From: Trypanosoma brucei
Lineage: Eukaryota
NCBI GenBank assembly: GCA_000002445.1
Contig: CH464491.1
Location: forward strand, 5,197,802 to 5,261,801
DNA length: 64,000 nucleotides
Direction: 5' to 3'
Below the pieces are notes generated by a model. It was not told the DNA's origin, did not search any database, and saw only the letters and a program-made list of their open reading frames with translations. The translations under genes were made by a program, and so were the position numbers. Within the stretch, counting starts at the first letter, position 1. Each line of letters opens with the position of its first letter. This document shows positions 12,841 through 25,107 of this stretch, piece by piece.

Positions 12841-13075
12841 CCTAAATAATGTTGATTAAATTAAAAATTTAAAATAGCACTCATCCTTCATACAATATAG
12901 CGCTACTACTTTACAGACACAGGCCACAATGATATCTAATTTTAAATTTGAGTTTTTCAGTGGTTTTACTAAAAAGCGTTAAAACATATCAAATCTTGGA
13001 AAATTTGTTAATTATATTAAATTCTATCAAAGCAGCAAAATTACGTAAATTTTTATAAAATTGAGCAAAAAACCT

Positions 13076-14604
13076 CAATATGCTAAGAAACTCATGTAAG
13101 ATGCAGCATTTGCAGAAATTTTCTTATTTGCAAGAATACTGTAATCTTTGTATTGTTTTCCCCCAAATTTACATTTATGAGCTTTGGTGCAGTCTGGTTC
13201 CAATTTTTATGTGCACTTAGGGTCAGTTTTCTCATCTTTTCCTGTTTCTTGCCTTTATTTTCTTTATTTTTCACTTTTTGTCAAGTTACATTTTGGTTTA
13301 TCTCTTTTTTCGTCGTAAGTACATCCTGTTTTCTTTCTACATTCATTTTTATCGTCTTCTGCTTTGTTGCACTCTTTCTCTTCACTTATTTCTGCTTTCT
13401 TGTTTTCCTTATCCTCTTTTAGCTTTTTAAGTTCAGCTTCCAGTTTTTTCAATTCGGCCGCTTTTGCTCGCATGTAGTAACTCATAGTTGCTTGCAGTGT
13501 TTCTATTCCTGTCACCGCATCGATCTCTTTGGCTTTGGCTCCAGTTGCGGTTATATCGGCTACTGGTGTTTTTTTTGCTACTTTCCATATTTCTGGGGCG
13601 TTGCTTCCATCAGCTTTAAATAACTCTGTTAGTTTTTTGGGGGCCGCCGTTTCCAAGCCTGCTACTGTTATATCTGGGTTTGTGTCTTTAAGTGCGCGTT
13701 TTACCTCCGCTAGAGCTGCCGCGTCGAGTGCAGCTGCTTTTAGGAGGGTGTCGACATCGGTTGATGCGCTTGTCGTTTCCTTTGCCTGCACTGCTAGGCG
13801 GTCAAAATGTACCTTTTCTAGAAGCGTTGTTGCTGCTTGGCGATTGGCTCTGTTTATCTGCTGCAGGCTGTTCCGGGTTACTTGCTCGTTTGCCGTGACC
13901 TTTAGTAGGCCAAATTCGAGGAGCGGCGTGGCTGCCGTTGAATGTCCCGCGCCGCCGCTGAGCGCCTGCTTTTTCCACATACCGCATTTGTCGGAGTCTG
14001 CGACTCCGTTGGTTGCTGTCACTGTGTCAATTTGTGCGTACCCTGTGGCTGACAGGACCGTATCTGTTATGCTCGGTTCAGTGCCGTCAAGCTGCGGTTC
14101 GCCACCCTCGCAGCCGTTTGCTTTTGTTGTAGCCGAGCCGCTGCTACTTGCCGTTTCGTCCGCACCGAGGCAATACTCTCCCACGGTTGCGCTCGTTTTT
14201 AGTAGTTGGATCGCGTCTTCAATCCCGCCCACTGCTTCCATTGCTGTGGCCGTTGCCCTCATCGCCACTGTCGTGAAAGTTTCTACTGCTGACGCCTTTG
14301 CATCTGCTTGTGCTGTCAGTCCTGCGGCAAGAGCCACGAACGCCGTGTTTTTGCTTTCTGGTGCTGTTTGTTCTGCTAGTATTTCCAGTTTTAGTGCCAG
14401 CTCCCGTCCTGCCTTGGCGCTTTCCTGTAATTTTTTTATTTTTCCATGTGCTATTGTTGGGATTTTCCTTAGTTCGCCGGCGATCCTACATAAAGGTTTC
14501 CACATTTTGTCTATAAGAGCAGGCTGGGCTGTGTCGGCATGGTTGCTGTACATAAAAACTAAAAGCGCCAGTGCCGCTGCTGCTTGGGCCACCGTCGCTT
14601 TCAT
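13076..14604 (-). pseudogene. VSG: VSG with an intact 446-aa N-terminal and central ORF (13264-14604) but a frameshifted C-terminus. The GPI signal lies in another frame and ends at 13076.
   Basis: The ORF ends ...CRKKTGCTYDEKRDKPKCNLTKSEK* with no hydrophobic tail. The reverse complement of 13076-13200 in another frame gives PDCTKAHKCKFGGKQYKDYSILANKKISANAASYMSFLAY*, a GPI signal. A 16-mer-like GCGTTAAAACATATCA lies at 12976-12991 in the 3'UTR. Confidence 0.8.
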
Positions 14605-15494
14605 CCCTTGTTTTGCAATCGTATCTTCGATGAAGAAACTTTATTTAGGTGACAATTAAATGTGGGTAATGAATGAATGTGAACAGGCAGTAAGGTACCA
14701 CAAGCATGAAACAAACTACAATTTAGACTACTTTTCAAGGGACAATTACCGCATAGCCACGTTATCGCGAAACTATAGTCTAGCATACTGTCTGCAAAGA
14801 GTCATCGGGTCTTCCACCTGTTCTATATTTAGCGCCGCCCCTCAAAGACCGGAAAGTGCTACTTTTGCTCGCTAAGTATGCGTTTTCCTTTGAAATTCTA
14901 ATCATTTAACGATTGCACTACTCTACCCACCTTTCCCTCTAATCTAAAAATTCCCTTTATATCCCCTCTACTGTACCGCTAAAATAAAAAGATCAAATTC
15001 TCTCTATGCTCGTACAACTCCCTTACCTTGAAGTTTAACATTTTAATAGACTATGAGATTGAAAACTACTGCGCACACTATTGCCGCTGCAGCATCTTAT
15101 TCATTCCGCATAACATTTAGCGCATCACTTCTTTCTCTTCCTGTATCATTTTGTTGTATGTTGTGCTGCTCATTATTTATCAGTTTATACGGTGTTTTTT
15201 GTACCTATTTTTTGCTTTTATGTCAGTAGTTGTGTTGATAAAGAAGAAACTTCATTATGATTGTACACTGTTTTTAGTCACTTACTGATTGTCCCCTTTC
15301 TCAACCTCCTTTTTATAGTATTTACAATTGTCATGTTCGTGTTTGGAATTGTTCATATATCTAATCTCCATTTCCGCCCTTCCGTTAATAGAATTATTCA
15401 GGTTCTTATATTGCCTCAAGTACTCTCTTCGCTCATTCAACCATTTATACTGTTTTATTTTCTTCTACACCGTTACTCAATTTAGTTTCCCATA

Positions 15495-15585
15495 TTTATT
15501 ATAATATTCGTATATACACACTCACAACACTCTCCTATCACTATCATTATTATCATTATCACTATTATTACACTAGTTAATATCC
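15495..15585 (-). repeat. 70-bp repeat in reverse-complement orientation.
   Basis: ttattataatattcgtatatacacactcacaacactctcctatcactatcattattatcattatcactattatta. Confidence 0.85.
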
Positions 15586-15858
15586 ATAAAATAGGCAAAC
15601 AAATTAAATTAGAGTAGCACTCATTTTCAAACCACATTACCATATTTCGGTACACTTTTGTTCCAAGATGTCACTTTCATATGAAAATTTCAGATATTTT
15701 TAAAAAATGTTTCACATTTTTTAAAGGTTTATGAAAAGTAATATAATATATTATTTTTTTTTAGAAAATATTATATATTCTACAAAAAAAAATATTTCCG
15801 GGAAATTTTATTATATTGAGCAAAATTTCTTTAAGAAAAAGAGGGGGAAATTTTTGTT

Positions 15859-17451
15859 TTAAAAAAGCAAGGCCACAAATGCAGCAGAAACCACGCTGAG
15901 GGCGAATTTTTTGTTGACTAGAATGGAGGAATCTTTGCAAGCATTATTCTCCCATTTGCATTCAGGAGCCTTAGTGCATTCGGGTTCTAGTTTCCCTTTG
16001 CATTTCTCTGTTGCTGCCGCTCCTCCTGCAGTTCCATCTCCTGTTGCTGGTGTTTCTGATCCCTCTACCGTTTTGATTGGATTGCACTTCTTTTCTTTTT
16101 CATCGTACGTGCATCTGTCTTTTGGGCAAGTGGCATTTTTATTGTCATGCTTGTGGCAATCCGTGGCGTCTTCTTTGGTTTCTTTTGATGCTGCTCCGCT
16201 TGCGTGTGGTTTCGACGCCGCCAACGGCATTTTTGGTCTGGTGGCGAGGTACTTGGCTTGGTGTTTTAGTGCTTCTAGTTGTATTGCTACGTGCTGTGCC
16301 TGTTGTTGTCGAGCCTCTGTTGTTTTTAATTGTTCTAGTGTTTGTGTTAGCTTAATGTACCAGTTCATCTGTTTGAGTGCTGCCGCTTGTCCTGCTGCGT
16401 AATTTGGTATTTCGACGCAAACTCCGTTGGTCGCTGCGCCGTTGCAGTTGGTGTTTTTGAATGTCCCGATATATCCTGCTGTGCTGACCGTTGTTATGCC
16501 GTTAGTAACCCCGTGAATTAATTTTTCAACACTTGCGGCCGTTGCTATGAAAGTATCTTGTTTGCCGCAAAGCTGTATTATGTCCTTAGCTTGTGTTGGC
16601 TCCGGTTGCTGAGATGCACCTGCGTTCCATGGTGTCCCGGCCGTCTTGGTTACTATGCAGGGGTCCGCTAGCCCGGCGTTATTGTCGTAGCAGATGCATG
16701 TTATGACCGCCGATATGGATTTTGGGTTGGCGCCGCCGTTACCTGCCTTGCATGTGGCTTCCCGCGCGGCGCTTCCTGCTGGTGTCGTCCCGAACATTTG
16801 AGCGAGTGTTACTGACGTTGCTGTTGTCGAGCTGTCGCCGTATGCCGCTTCCTTCAGTGTTGCCTCGATGCTGGTTGCTGTCGGTTCGCTTTCTGGTTTG
16901 GTTTGGGCGCGGAAGTGGCTTATTAGGGCTTCCGCTTGTCGTGTTACGTCTGCCATTACGGCCCTCACTTCCGACTTGTCGTCGTCGTTTAGCTTAAGGA
17001 AGCCGCTGTTTCTTAACTCTTCGTCGGGCTGTTTGTCTTTCACAGCTGTTATTGCGGCCATCCAGTCTTGCCAGCTGCCTTCGAAACCCCGTCCTTTGAC
17101 GGATGCCTTTGTTGGGTCTGTGTGCAATTCTAGCGGGTCCGGTTTGGAAACAAACATGTCCTGCCAAGTTTTGGTTGCAACGCTCATGTTTAACTTCTGA
17201 ATGTATTGGTACAATTTTTGTGGGTCAACAGATGTTGCCGGCACCTCTACTGTCGCCTCGGCTGCCCGGAAGATCGCGCAAAGGGCCTCAAACGTGTGCC
17301 GGTTGTCGCCGCTTGCTACATCGCCTGCTTCGACAGCTCTGTTACACGTTGCGACTGCCACAACTAACACAACTGCGGCTGTTTTAAATTTCTGGTGCAT
17401 CTCTCTGGCTATCTTTGAACTTTCTCGAGATTGTAGGTTGAATCGAGTCAA
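15859..17451 (-). CDS. VSG: Intact VSG of 530 aa with an A-type N-terminal domain, a signal peptide and a GPI signal.
   Basis: N-terminus [44 protein letters not shown]...; C-terminus ...[34 protein letters not shown] 70-bp repeat pair lies at 19421-19580 upstream. Confidence 0.9.
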   Translation of the reverse strand: MTRFNLQSRESSKIAREMHQKFKTAAVVLVVAVATCNRAVEAGDVASGDNRHTFEALCAIFRAAEATVEVPATSVDPQKLYQYIQKLNMSVATKTWQDMFVSKPDPLELHTDPTKASVKGRGFEGSWQDWMAAITAVKDKQPDEELRNSGFLKLNDDDKSEVRAVMADVTRQAEALISHFRAQTKPESEPTATSIEATLKEAAYGDSSTTATSVTLAQMFGTTPAGSAAREATCKAGNGGANPKSISAVITCICYDNNAGLADPCIVTKTAGTPWNAGASQQPEPTQAKDIIQLCGKQDTFIATAASVEKLIHGVTNGITTVSTAGYIGTFKNTNCNGAATNGVCVEIPNYAAGQAAALKQMNWYIKLTQTLEQLKTTEARQQQAQHVAIQLEALKHQAKYLATRPKMPLAASKPHASGAASKETKEDATDCHKHDNKNATCPKDRCTYDEKEKKCNPIKTVEGSETPATGDGTAGGAAATEKCKGKLEPECTKAPECKWENNACKDSSILVNKKFALSVVSAAFVALLF

Positions 17452-19420
17452 AATCTTCCTCCTGTTTCAGCAATATAGAATCAGAACTGATCGGTTGATC
17501 GCATATAAAACACAGAAAATGAACAAATTACATGCGTTACCAATCTTAACTCTCTTCATTGCGTTCTTTTCTTTTCTCCAGCATGATCGTCACAGCCCCT
17601 CAGTCATTTGTACCTTTTGCACAGACATGCAGTTGGCCTGCCAACTGGCTCTTCATATTTCATTTTTATCCTCTACATGGAGGTTGCACGTGTATATTTT
17701 GCACAATTGTGGCTTTAAGCTGTAATTGCCCATTGTATATTCCCATTATTTACAAAAAATACTACATACATACTTTGTCTTTGGCTGTAATTTTATATTG
17801 TTTCCGTTTTTGCTGGTCCTATCCTCATTGGTTTGGAGTCCTGCCAATCCTAGTCTCTTGTTCACTCAACAGTCCGCCAATATTATGTTTTTACGTGCAA
17901 GGTCTGCCTGAACATCCGCTGCTGCTCTTTACCATTTTTTGTAAACACTGTGTGCGCGTGTTACGTTGGTGCTGGTAAGGAAGGCTAGTCGCGACCGTCC
18001 TTGCTATATGCTGTCAGACGTTTTCTTTCCTGTTTTTTCCAGTGCTCGATGTGATATAAGTGACTAATCTAAATGCCACTGGTTGACCTTTTCTAAATAT
18101 AACCTGTTCTTTCTTCCTTCTCTCAAATTTCTCCTCGTCGCTGCGGTGGTAACGTTTGCTAACGAAGCATAAACATAAAAAGAAGATGAAATACTCGTGC
18201 CAATAGAGTGATATTTGGTTTTTATTTGCTTGAGAATTGCTTTCTGCTGCTTTCTCTTTTTTTTCTTGCATGTTCTAACATACTACATTTTCCATTTAAA
18301 CTCTACTTACACAGCTCCCTTTGACATCATTCTAAACAAAGAGGAACTCAATTTTATATAGTAAATTTTCCAACTAGCGGGAGAGGCCGCTAATGGTTGC
18401 TGTTTCTGCACTTCCTTTTGGTGAAATAACAACTTTATTTCTGGTTTTCCTTGGCTGTTTTTATTATTACACTTGTGGCAGGCCTCTCTGGATTTGGTGG
18501 TGGACAGGACAAATTTTGCAATGCCGACTCAGGTTATCAGTTTTCTTCTTTTCTTATGATTATGTGTCCAGGTTAACTCTGAGTCAGATCGTACTCTCAT
18601 ATGAATTATACGTTCCTTGACCACTGTTAATTCCTCACATACATAACAATACCGAATTGTATCAATATCACCATTGATTCTCCACAATTCATAGATTTTT
18701 TGTAGCTTTGTATATGTGCCATTTTAAGCAGCTTCCGAGTTTTCTTTCTCTTTTGGTGCCCACAGTAATCCATTGGTAGTCTCATTTTTGAAATCCTCCC
18801 CCTGATATTAATAAATCTTTCCCGCAAAGTTTAGCGGCTATCACTATAATTAATGATAAAAATACATCAGAATTACCTTGTACTTATCCAATTGCTCACT
18901 TTTCCTTTCTCTAATTTTTCTCTTTCCAGCTGGATATTAGCGTACGGTATTATATTTAAAACTACATATGCTACTGCTTTTGTTTCAATGGCATCTATCC
19001 ATTTTCAGTAAAGTACAAACCATTACTGGTTTCTGCTTCATGTAATTTTGTGTTGTGACTTCGTGTAGTCTAATGTCTCTTTTCAAAATTTCTTTTCTTC
19101 TTCTTTATACTTTAGCGGTTTTTCCTAAATGGCGTAGCAATTTCATTTGCCTTCGGAAAAGGACCCTGCCTCTCCATGATTTTCCCTTCAATCATATCCT
19201 TGTGACAGATAATTTCCTTCGTCATGTTTATGTTTAAAATAGCGCATTTTCCATCCCCATCTCTTTGTCCTTTAGGGTTTCCTCCAACAATATTTTTTTC
19301 GTTATCTCTCTTTCCTATTAACTCATTCACTTCTCATTTACTCACTTACTATTATTACACCATCACTATCATTTTAATTACTTCCATTTTTTATCCAATA
19401 TTTTATAACTACAACTATTC

Positions 19421-19580
19421 TCATTATAATATTCGTATATGCACACTCACAACACTCTCCTATCATTATCATTATTATTATTATTTTTACTGCTCTTAGT
19501 ATAATAATAGTATATACACGCACACGACACTCTCCTATTATTATCATCATTATCATTATCATTATCATTACTATTACAGT
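19421..19580 (-). repeat. Two tandem 70-bp repeats in reverse-complement orientation.
   Basis: tcattataatattcgtatatgcacactcacaacactctcctatcattatcattatt... then ataataatagtatatacacgcacacgacactctcctattattatcatc... Confidence 0.85.
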
Positions 19581-19839
19581 CGCAAATTAATTATAGTTAG
19601 CAAGGAGACATAGTAAGCCATAGAGGAAAATTTTCCATACCTTCTTACTCCACTGCTTTATACTGATAGACCACAGCCACGCACATCACACAAAATTTTC
19701 AGATTCTTCAAATTTTACACTTTCACTTATTTTCATATTCTTATCAAAAAGTATCAAAATATAGCATATTTTACCAAATATAGAATACTCTCTCAAAAAC
19801 AATAATTTTATATATTTTTATAAAATTAAGCAAAAAACC

Positions 19840-21320
19840 TTAAAGTGCTGCCATGCTACCAAACCTGCAGGAGAAGCAACCATAAGAAAATTTTTTATTT
19901 ACAAGAAAAATGAAATATTTACAACTTTCACCTTCCCACTTACAATCCGTAGATTTGCAGTCATCCTTTTTCTTACCATTGCTTATTTGTGTTGTTTCGA
20001 CTTCATCTCCTGTTCATGTGGTTTTTTTGTGTAAATTTACTTTTATCTGCTACTAACTTCCCTTCTGTTTCAGTGTTTCCTTCCCATTTGCATTTACCAG
20101 AGTTTTCGCACGCAGTTTTGTTAGTTGTGTGTTTTTTGAATTTTTCTGCTTGGTGGTTTAGTTCCGCTGAATTTACTCTCTGAACTGTAACAGGCAGTGA
20201 GGGGGCGGCGATGGCGAGCTTTGCTAGTGTGTACGCGGCAGCGGCTTGTGTTCTAAGAAGCGAAAGCTCCTGTTTTAATATTGCTAGACGCTGCTTCTTT
20301 GTGTGCAGTTTGTCAATATTCTCAGCAGCTACTAGGATGTTCGCTTCCCATGTTATACCGTTTTTACCGGACCTAAGGAACGGTGCTAGCGAAATGCATT
20401 TGCTGTTAGGTATGCCATCTTTTCAGGTTGCAGCTTCGGCCTTGCCTAAGACGAGTGTTGCCGTTTTCGTGCCTTCTGCTGCCCCATGCCACAAACCGCC
20501 GTTAGTCTTGTAAGGGCCTGCCTAATTAATCCTACTGTTAGCTGTTTTGGTGTGGCTCTCCCTCGCAGCCGGTTTTTACTTGCTCCCAGATTTTTAGGCA
20601 TCTGCTACCGTCGTTTTTGCTTGCGTCTTCCCATTGGGTGCTTATGCCGGCCCCGCAGTGACCATGGCTGTTGGCTGTGTTGGAGCAGATGCAGCAAATT
20701 GCTACCGCTCGTGATTCTGCTATTGATTTCCCTTGTTTTGCTGCTTTTGTGCACTTCTCTTGCCAGTTGCCTTTGCAGTTGTTTCTGTCGAGATCGGTAT
20801 TGTTGTCTCCGTAGAGTGCTGTCGCCAGAAGCTTCTTGGCGTCTTCAACGTCGCTATTGATGTCTTTGACAGCTTTTTTACATTCGTCTTTTAATATATT
20901 CGCCGCAGTTGCGTAGTGCTGAATTTGCGCATTGGCGGCGGCTCTAGCCGGTGTATCTTTTAGCCTTTCGTATGTTTTGTCTTCTTTTGGACCCAGAGCC
21001 TCTATTTTAGTCTTCTCGGTTTTCCAAGAATCTGCAGCTGCTTGTTGTATGCTGCCGTCGGGTCCTTTTGGCAATGTGCCGTCCTTGTCGGCGTAATAGC
21101 TTTCCGTCTACGTTGAAACATTGTAATACACTATTTCTTTGTGTTCTTTCGGCTCTTCTTCTGATATTTTCAGTTGATCAAGCGTGTTACGGGCCGATAT
21201 AATGGTAAAAAGATTGCAGAACGCTTCGTATTCGCGGACGTTGACGTTTGCCGCGCCGCTTCCTTTGTAGGGCAATAGCGTTACGATCACCGGTGCGGAA
21301 ACGACGGCCTTTGTGTTCAT
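19840..21320 (-). pseudogene. VSG: VSG pseudogene: N-terminal ORF 21108-21320, ORF 20538-21074, then a disrupted C-terminal part with the GPI signal ending at 19840.
   Basis: MNTKAVVSAPVIVTLLPYKGSGAANVNVREYEAFCNLFTIISARNTLDQL, then ...CKGNWQEKCTKAAKQGKSIAESRAVAICCICSNTANSHGHCGAG... The reverse complement of 19840-19910 gives ...IFLVNKKFSYGCFSCRFGSMAAL*. Several frameshifts and stops lie between the pieces. Confidence 0.75.
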
Positions 21321-22500
21321 TTAAGTCTCTGCGCGGCTACTGCTATGTTTTCCTTTGGGGAAAGACAGAATGGCTAGACGCACTCGTTCGCTATTGATGA
21401 TATAAGTTATGTTCACCTTACATAGTCTTGGGCCTTTGTGTCGGCTGGCGTCTTTCAGTTACAATGGCTTGCTTGTTGATTGTGCTGTTTGCTTTGTGTC
21501 TGTGTTATAGTTGCCTTGGGCACCGGTCTCTGTCGACAGGTCACCGTTGTCTAAGCTGCACATCGAATAGGTGTCTGCTCATTTACTGCAAAATGTTAGC
21601 GGCGCTGTCCTGTCACTGCAGTTCTTTCAACCTCGTGACGGGTAAAAAACGTTTTTCAAGTTCATCTTCACATGTATGGGAGCGTCGCTTAGATTTCACT
21701 TTTGATTTCTATTTCTAAACAGTCTGTTATTAATGTTTTCCTAATTCCTCTCAGAACCTATTGCACAAATTTACTGTTCATATGTTAACGATCATTATGT
21801 TAAATTTTGAAAATAATTTATACATTTCTGTACACAAAAATTCAACGTTTATGTTTTGTTATTGCTTCTACATTGCGGCTAACATTGACCACATGATAAA
21901 GTTATAACAAAGTAAAGATTGGGATTTTCACGGATGCGATTCGTCTACTGTTTCTGTATTAGACTTTGTTTCTCCGCTACTTGTAACCTGTGCTTAAGAC
22001 TAAGTAAAATGGATCCAGGCATCGCTTTTTCGCTGACTTTTCTTTTGTTAATACGACTGGTTTGCTCGTATAAACAGCAACTTCTATATGAGTTACTTGT
22101 TCCTTGAAAAGTCTTAGTGACTATGAAATATACAAACAAAAAGTTGGAGGAGTATCTCCGCTGATATTCGCCACAGCACAGAGATCTTCCGTTTTTTAAT
22201 AGACGCGATTTCTTACTCTTTTCTGCTGGTATTATACAGGTGACGAGGTAAGCCTACTTTGTCACAGAGGATCGACCTTGCGTCCTCGTGCTTTCTGCAT
22301 CCTTATTCTTCCGTATGATGATGATATCCACACTAGCTCTACTAAAAACGCTGCATATACTCTATTTCTAGTTTTTTAGACATTTCTCTTCTCCATCCCC
22401 ACACATTCATCATTACTAAGTTACTTCCTTCCATTCTAAATGATTTACTGCTTTTAGTGCTTGATATTTTGTCCATGAATTTAGTTTCCAACAGAGCCAT

Positions 22501-22600
22501 TATTATATTTTTTGCATACTCACACTCACAACACTCTTCTATTATTATTATCATATTATTATTATTATCATTACTGCTCTTATTATTAATCTAAATAATA
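22501..22600 (-). repeat. 70-bp repeat in reverse-complement orientation.
   Basis: tttgcatactcacactcacaacactcttctattattattatcatattattattattatcattactgctct. Confidence 0.8.
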
Positions 22601-22836
22601 TTCACAAGAAAATATAATAAAATAACTTAATCAAATGAGAATTTACGAAGTTTTCGTCTTAAATCACACTAATTTGAACCCATATTCCATTTTTTTACTT
22701 TTTTAAAAAATTCTCAAAGATTTTATAAAAGTGTTAAAATGTAATAATTTTGGAGGTTTCAGAAAAATTTCCGAAATTTAGTGGATTTCATAAATTTCAT
22801 AAAACTGAACGAAAATTCTTATAATACTAAAATCCT

Positions 22837-23060
22837 TAAAACAGAAAGTCCACCAAAGCAGCGGCAATCAGAGCAAACTTTTTAGTTACGAGAAAACTAG
22901 AGGAGCGGCAAGCTGGAGTTACTGGGCCCTGTCACTCGTTGTAGGTAATCCACTCAACAAAAAGCTTTCTTGCCAGCAGGAGCAGTGCCCGGACACCGTT
23001 GAATTTCTCAGGAGTGTCGTAACTAGAGCAATTTACCCGTGATGTTTTATCCCCTTCTTT
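22837..23060 (-). pseudogene. VSG: Orphan VSG 3' fragment: the end of a C-terminal domain plus a GPI signal.
   Basis: The reverse complement of 22837-22900 translates to ...FLVTKKFALIAAALVDFLF*. A 16-mer-like GTGTTAAAATGTAATA lies downstream at 22731-22746. No N-terminal domain and no dedicated 70-bp repeat. Confidence 0.65.
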
Positions 23061-23439
23061 ATTTTCTCCTCCTTTGTTTCCTGAATATTGTGTGGACGGC
23101 TGGCCCACTTTCGAGCGTTGGTTAAGCTGCTGTTGCCTTTGTCAAGTTTAGTCTAGAAAAAAAAGGTTGATCAGCTGCTGCTCGGACGAGGGCTTGGGCT
23201 TGCGTCTAAAAAAAACGGTGTGTCATTATTTAATTAAAGACGGCGGAAAAAAGTAAGTTTGAAACAAAAAAATTGCAGCTCAAAATGCAGAGCTGAAATT
23301 TACAAAAGAAAAATGAACAAAAACGTAACAAATCGAGGAGATGTTTTAGGCAAAAAATATGAAAATAAAGATGTCTTCAGGATAAACAAAGGTTAGAGTC
23401 CGCACCAAAAAAGAGCCGCTGCATCACTTAAAAAAGAAA

Positions 23440-24205
23440 CATTCCCAACCCTAACCAGGATAACCCTTCCTGGCTTTCTTCTTTTTCGCTTTTGCCAGTC
23501 CAATTGCTGTTCGGGCAGATTATTCAAAAATTTTGAAAAATTAGTTATCCAGCGTAAAACAAAAAAAATAAATTGATGAAAAAACCAAACAAAAAACAAA
23601 ATATACTCAAAAATGTCAAAAGATAAAGAAAAAATTTACCCTAATAACCCTAAAAAACCCTAATCTTAAAAATTCCAAATTAACCCGAAAAACAAAAAAT
23701 CCAAAACCAAAAATATCAAAAAATAGGGAAAAACAAATGGAGCCGCTGCAGGTGCTTGAAAAAAGTGGGCGGAATAAAAGTTGATGGTAAAAAATTCTAA
23801 ATCCGTCACCCCCTCCCCAAAAAGCCAAAAAAATTAGAAAAAAAAGACGAAAAACACGAAAATCAAGTTTTTTTAAAAATGTAAAAAATTAACAGTTAAA
23901 ATTTTAATGTTCGATTCACGGCTGGTAGCGGACAAGGGTTATGGTTTGAATAAAAAAGGAGCGCTGCAGCGGTCAAAAATAAAATTAAAATTATTAAATT
24001 GTTTTTGCAAAGGAAAATCGGGTAATAAAAAAATTGAAATTAAAAAGGAAAATTAAAAACCTAACCCTAACCTCTCTAACTATTCGTTTTCTTCTACCTT
24101 CTTTGGTTTCTGGAAAAAAATTCGACAAGAAAAAATAAACTTAGATTTAAAAATTTGTTAAAATTGAAAATTGGAAAAAACCTAAAATCCTAACCTTAAA
24201 AGTTC
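23440..24205 (+). repeat. Degenerate, A-rich telomere-like tract (CCCTAA on the plus strand) interstitial in the array.
   Basis: cccaaccctaaccagg (23445-23460), cctaataaccctaaaaaaccctaatc (23639-23664), aaacctaaccctaacctctctaac (24057-24082), cctaaaatcctaacctt (24181-24197). The C-strand is on plus, which is the orientation expected downstream of minus-strand VSGs. Confidence 0.6.
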
Positions 24206-24347
24206 AAAAAAAACCAACAACTAAAAAATGATAATTTTATTCATAAAAATATTTTACACGCGCAGGAAGCCTAAAAAAATAATTATTTCTAGGAGATTGA
24301 TAAATGTGTTAAAATACATTAAATTTTTAACAAGAAAAAAAGGGGAA

Positions 24348-24600
24348 TTAACACATCAAAGCAGTAAAAGCAGCAGCCATACTCAGAGCCAATTTCTTAT
24401 TGACAAGGATACTGAAAGAGAGTCACTCAGGTTTGGGAAGTTTGCCTTCTTTGTCTGTGAAAGTTATCCAACCACATTTACAAGGGGCACAAACTGGCAG
24501 TCCTTCATTCTTGTTTTTCACCAGATGTCTGATCCTGGTGGCTAGAGAAATTAGTTTGCCAGTCTTTCCCTCACGATTCTTGGCTTGCCTTTTCTAGTTC
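24348..24600 (-). pseudogene. VSG: Orphan VSG 3' fragment: part of a C-terminal domain plus a GPI signal.
   Basis: The reverse complement of 24348-24420 gives ...SLSVSLSILVNKKLALSMAAAFTALMC*. A 16-mer-like GTGTTAAAATACATTA lies at 24306-24321. The telomere-like tract is immediately downstream, at lower coordinates. Confidence 0.7.
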
Positions 24601-25107
24601 TTGTGTCAACTCCTTTTTCAACTCACATTTGTCTCTGACACCGTTAAAAACACACCTCTGACAGTTGAGCGGCTTTAGACGTCTGGCGCCAGCCACAGAT
24701 TGTGCCACTGAGGGTTAATTGCTTATTGTCATAATCTGCTGGTGACGAATATTTCCCTATTTCCTTAATTTTCCCTTTAAAAGGAAATCGTTCTGCGCAA
24801 CGAAATTGCCGCGTGCCAGCTTTAAAAAGAACAGCGTGCAGCGCCTTCGCCTACGTACAAGAGTTTTTTAAAAAACAAATTAAGCACCGCTTCACGTGCG
24901 GAAGGCAAATAAGCGTTAGGGTCCGCGTCAAGAAAGAGCCGCTGCATTACATTAAAGGCATGGCAAATTACAAAAAATACCAAAAAAAAAGGAAAATTAA
25001 AACCTTTAAAAAACTCAATAGATAAAAGGGGAATTTTTGAGCCATCAACAAAAAATTTACAGAATCAGAATTTTTACAAACAAACAAAAAATCTCCGCTG
25101 AATTTAG

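Noticed and set aside
24913-24921. A single TTAGGG (G-strand hexamer) on the plus strand within aagcgttagggtccgcg.
   Set aside because: An isolated hexamer is expected by chance, and its orientation is opposite to the CCCTAA tract at 23.4-24.2 kb. It is not treated as telomeric.
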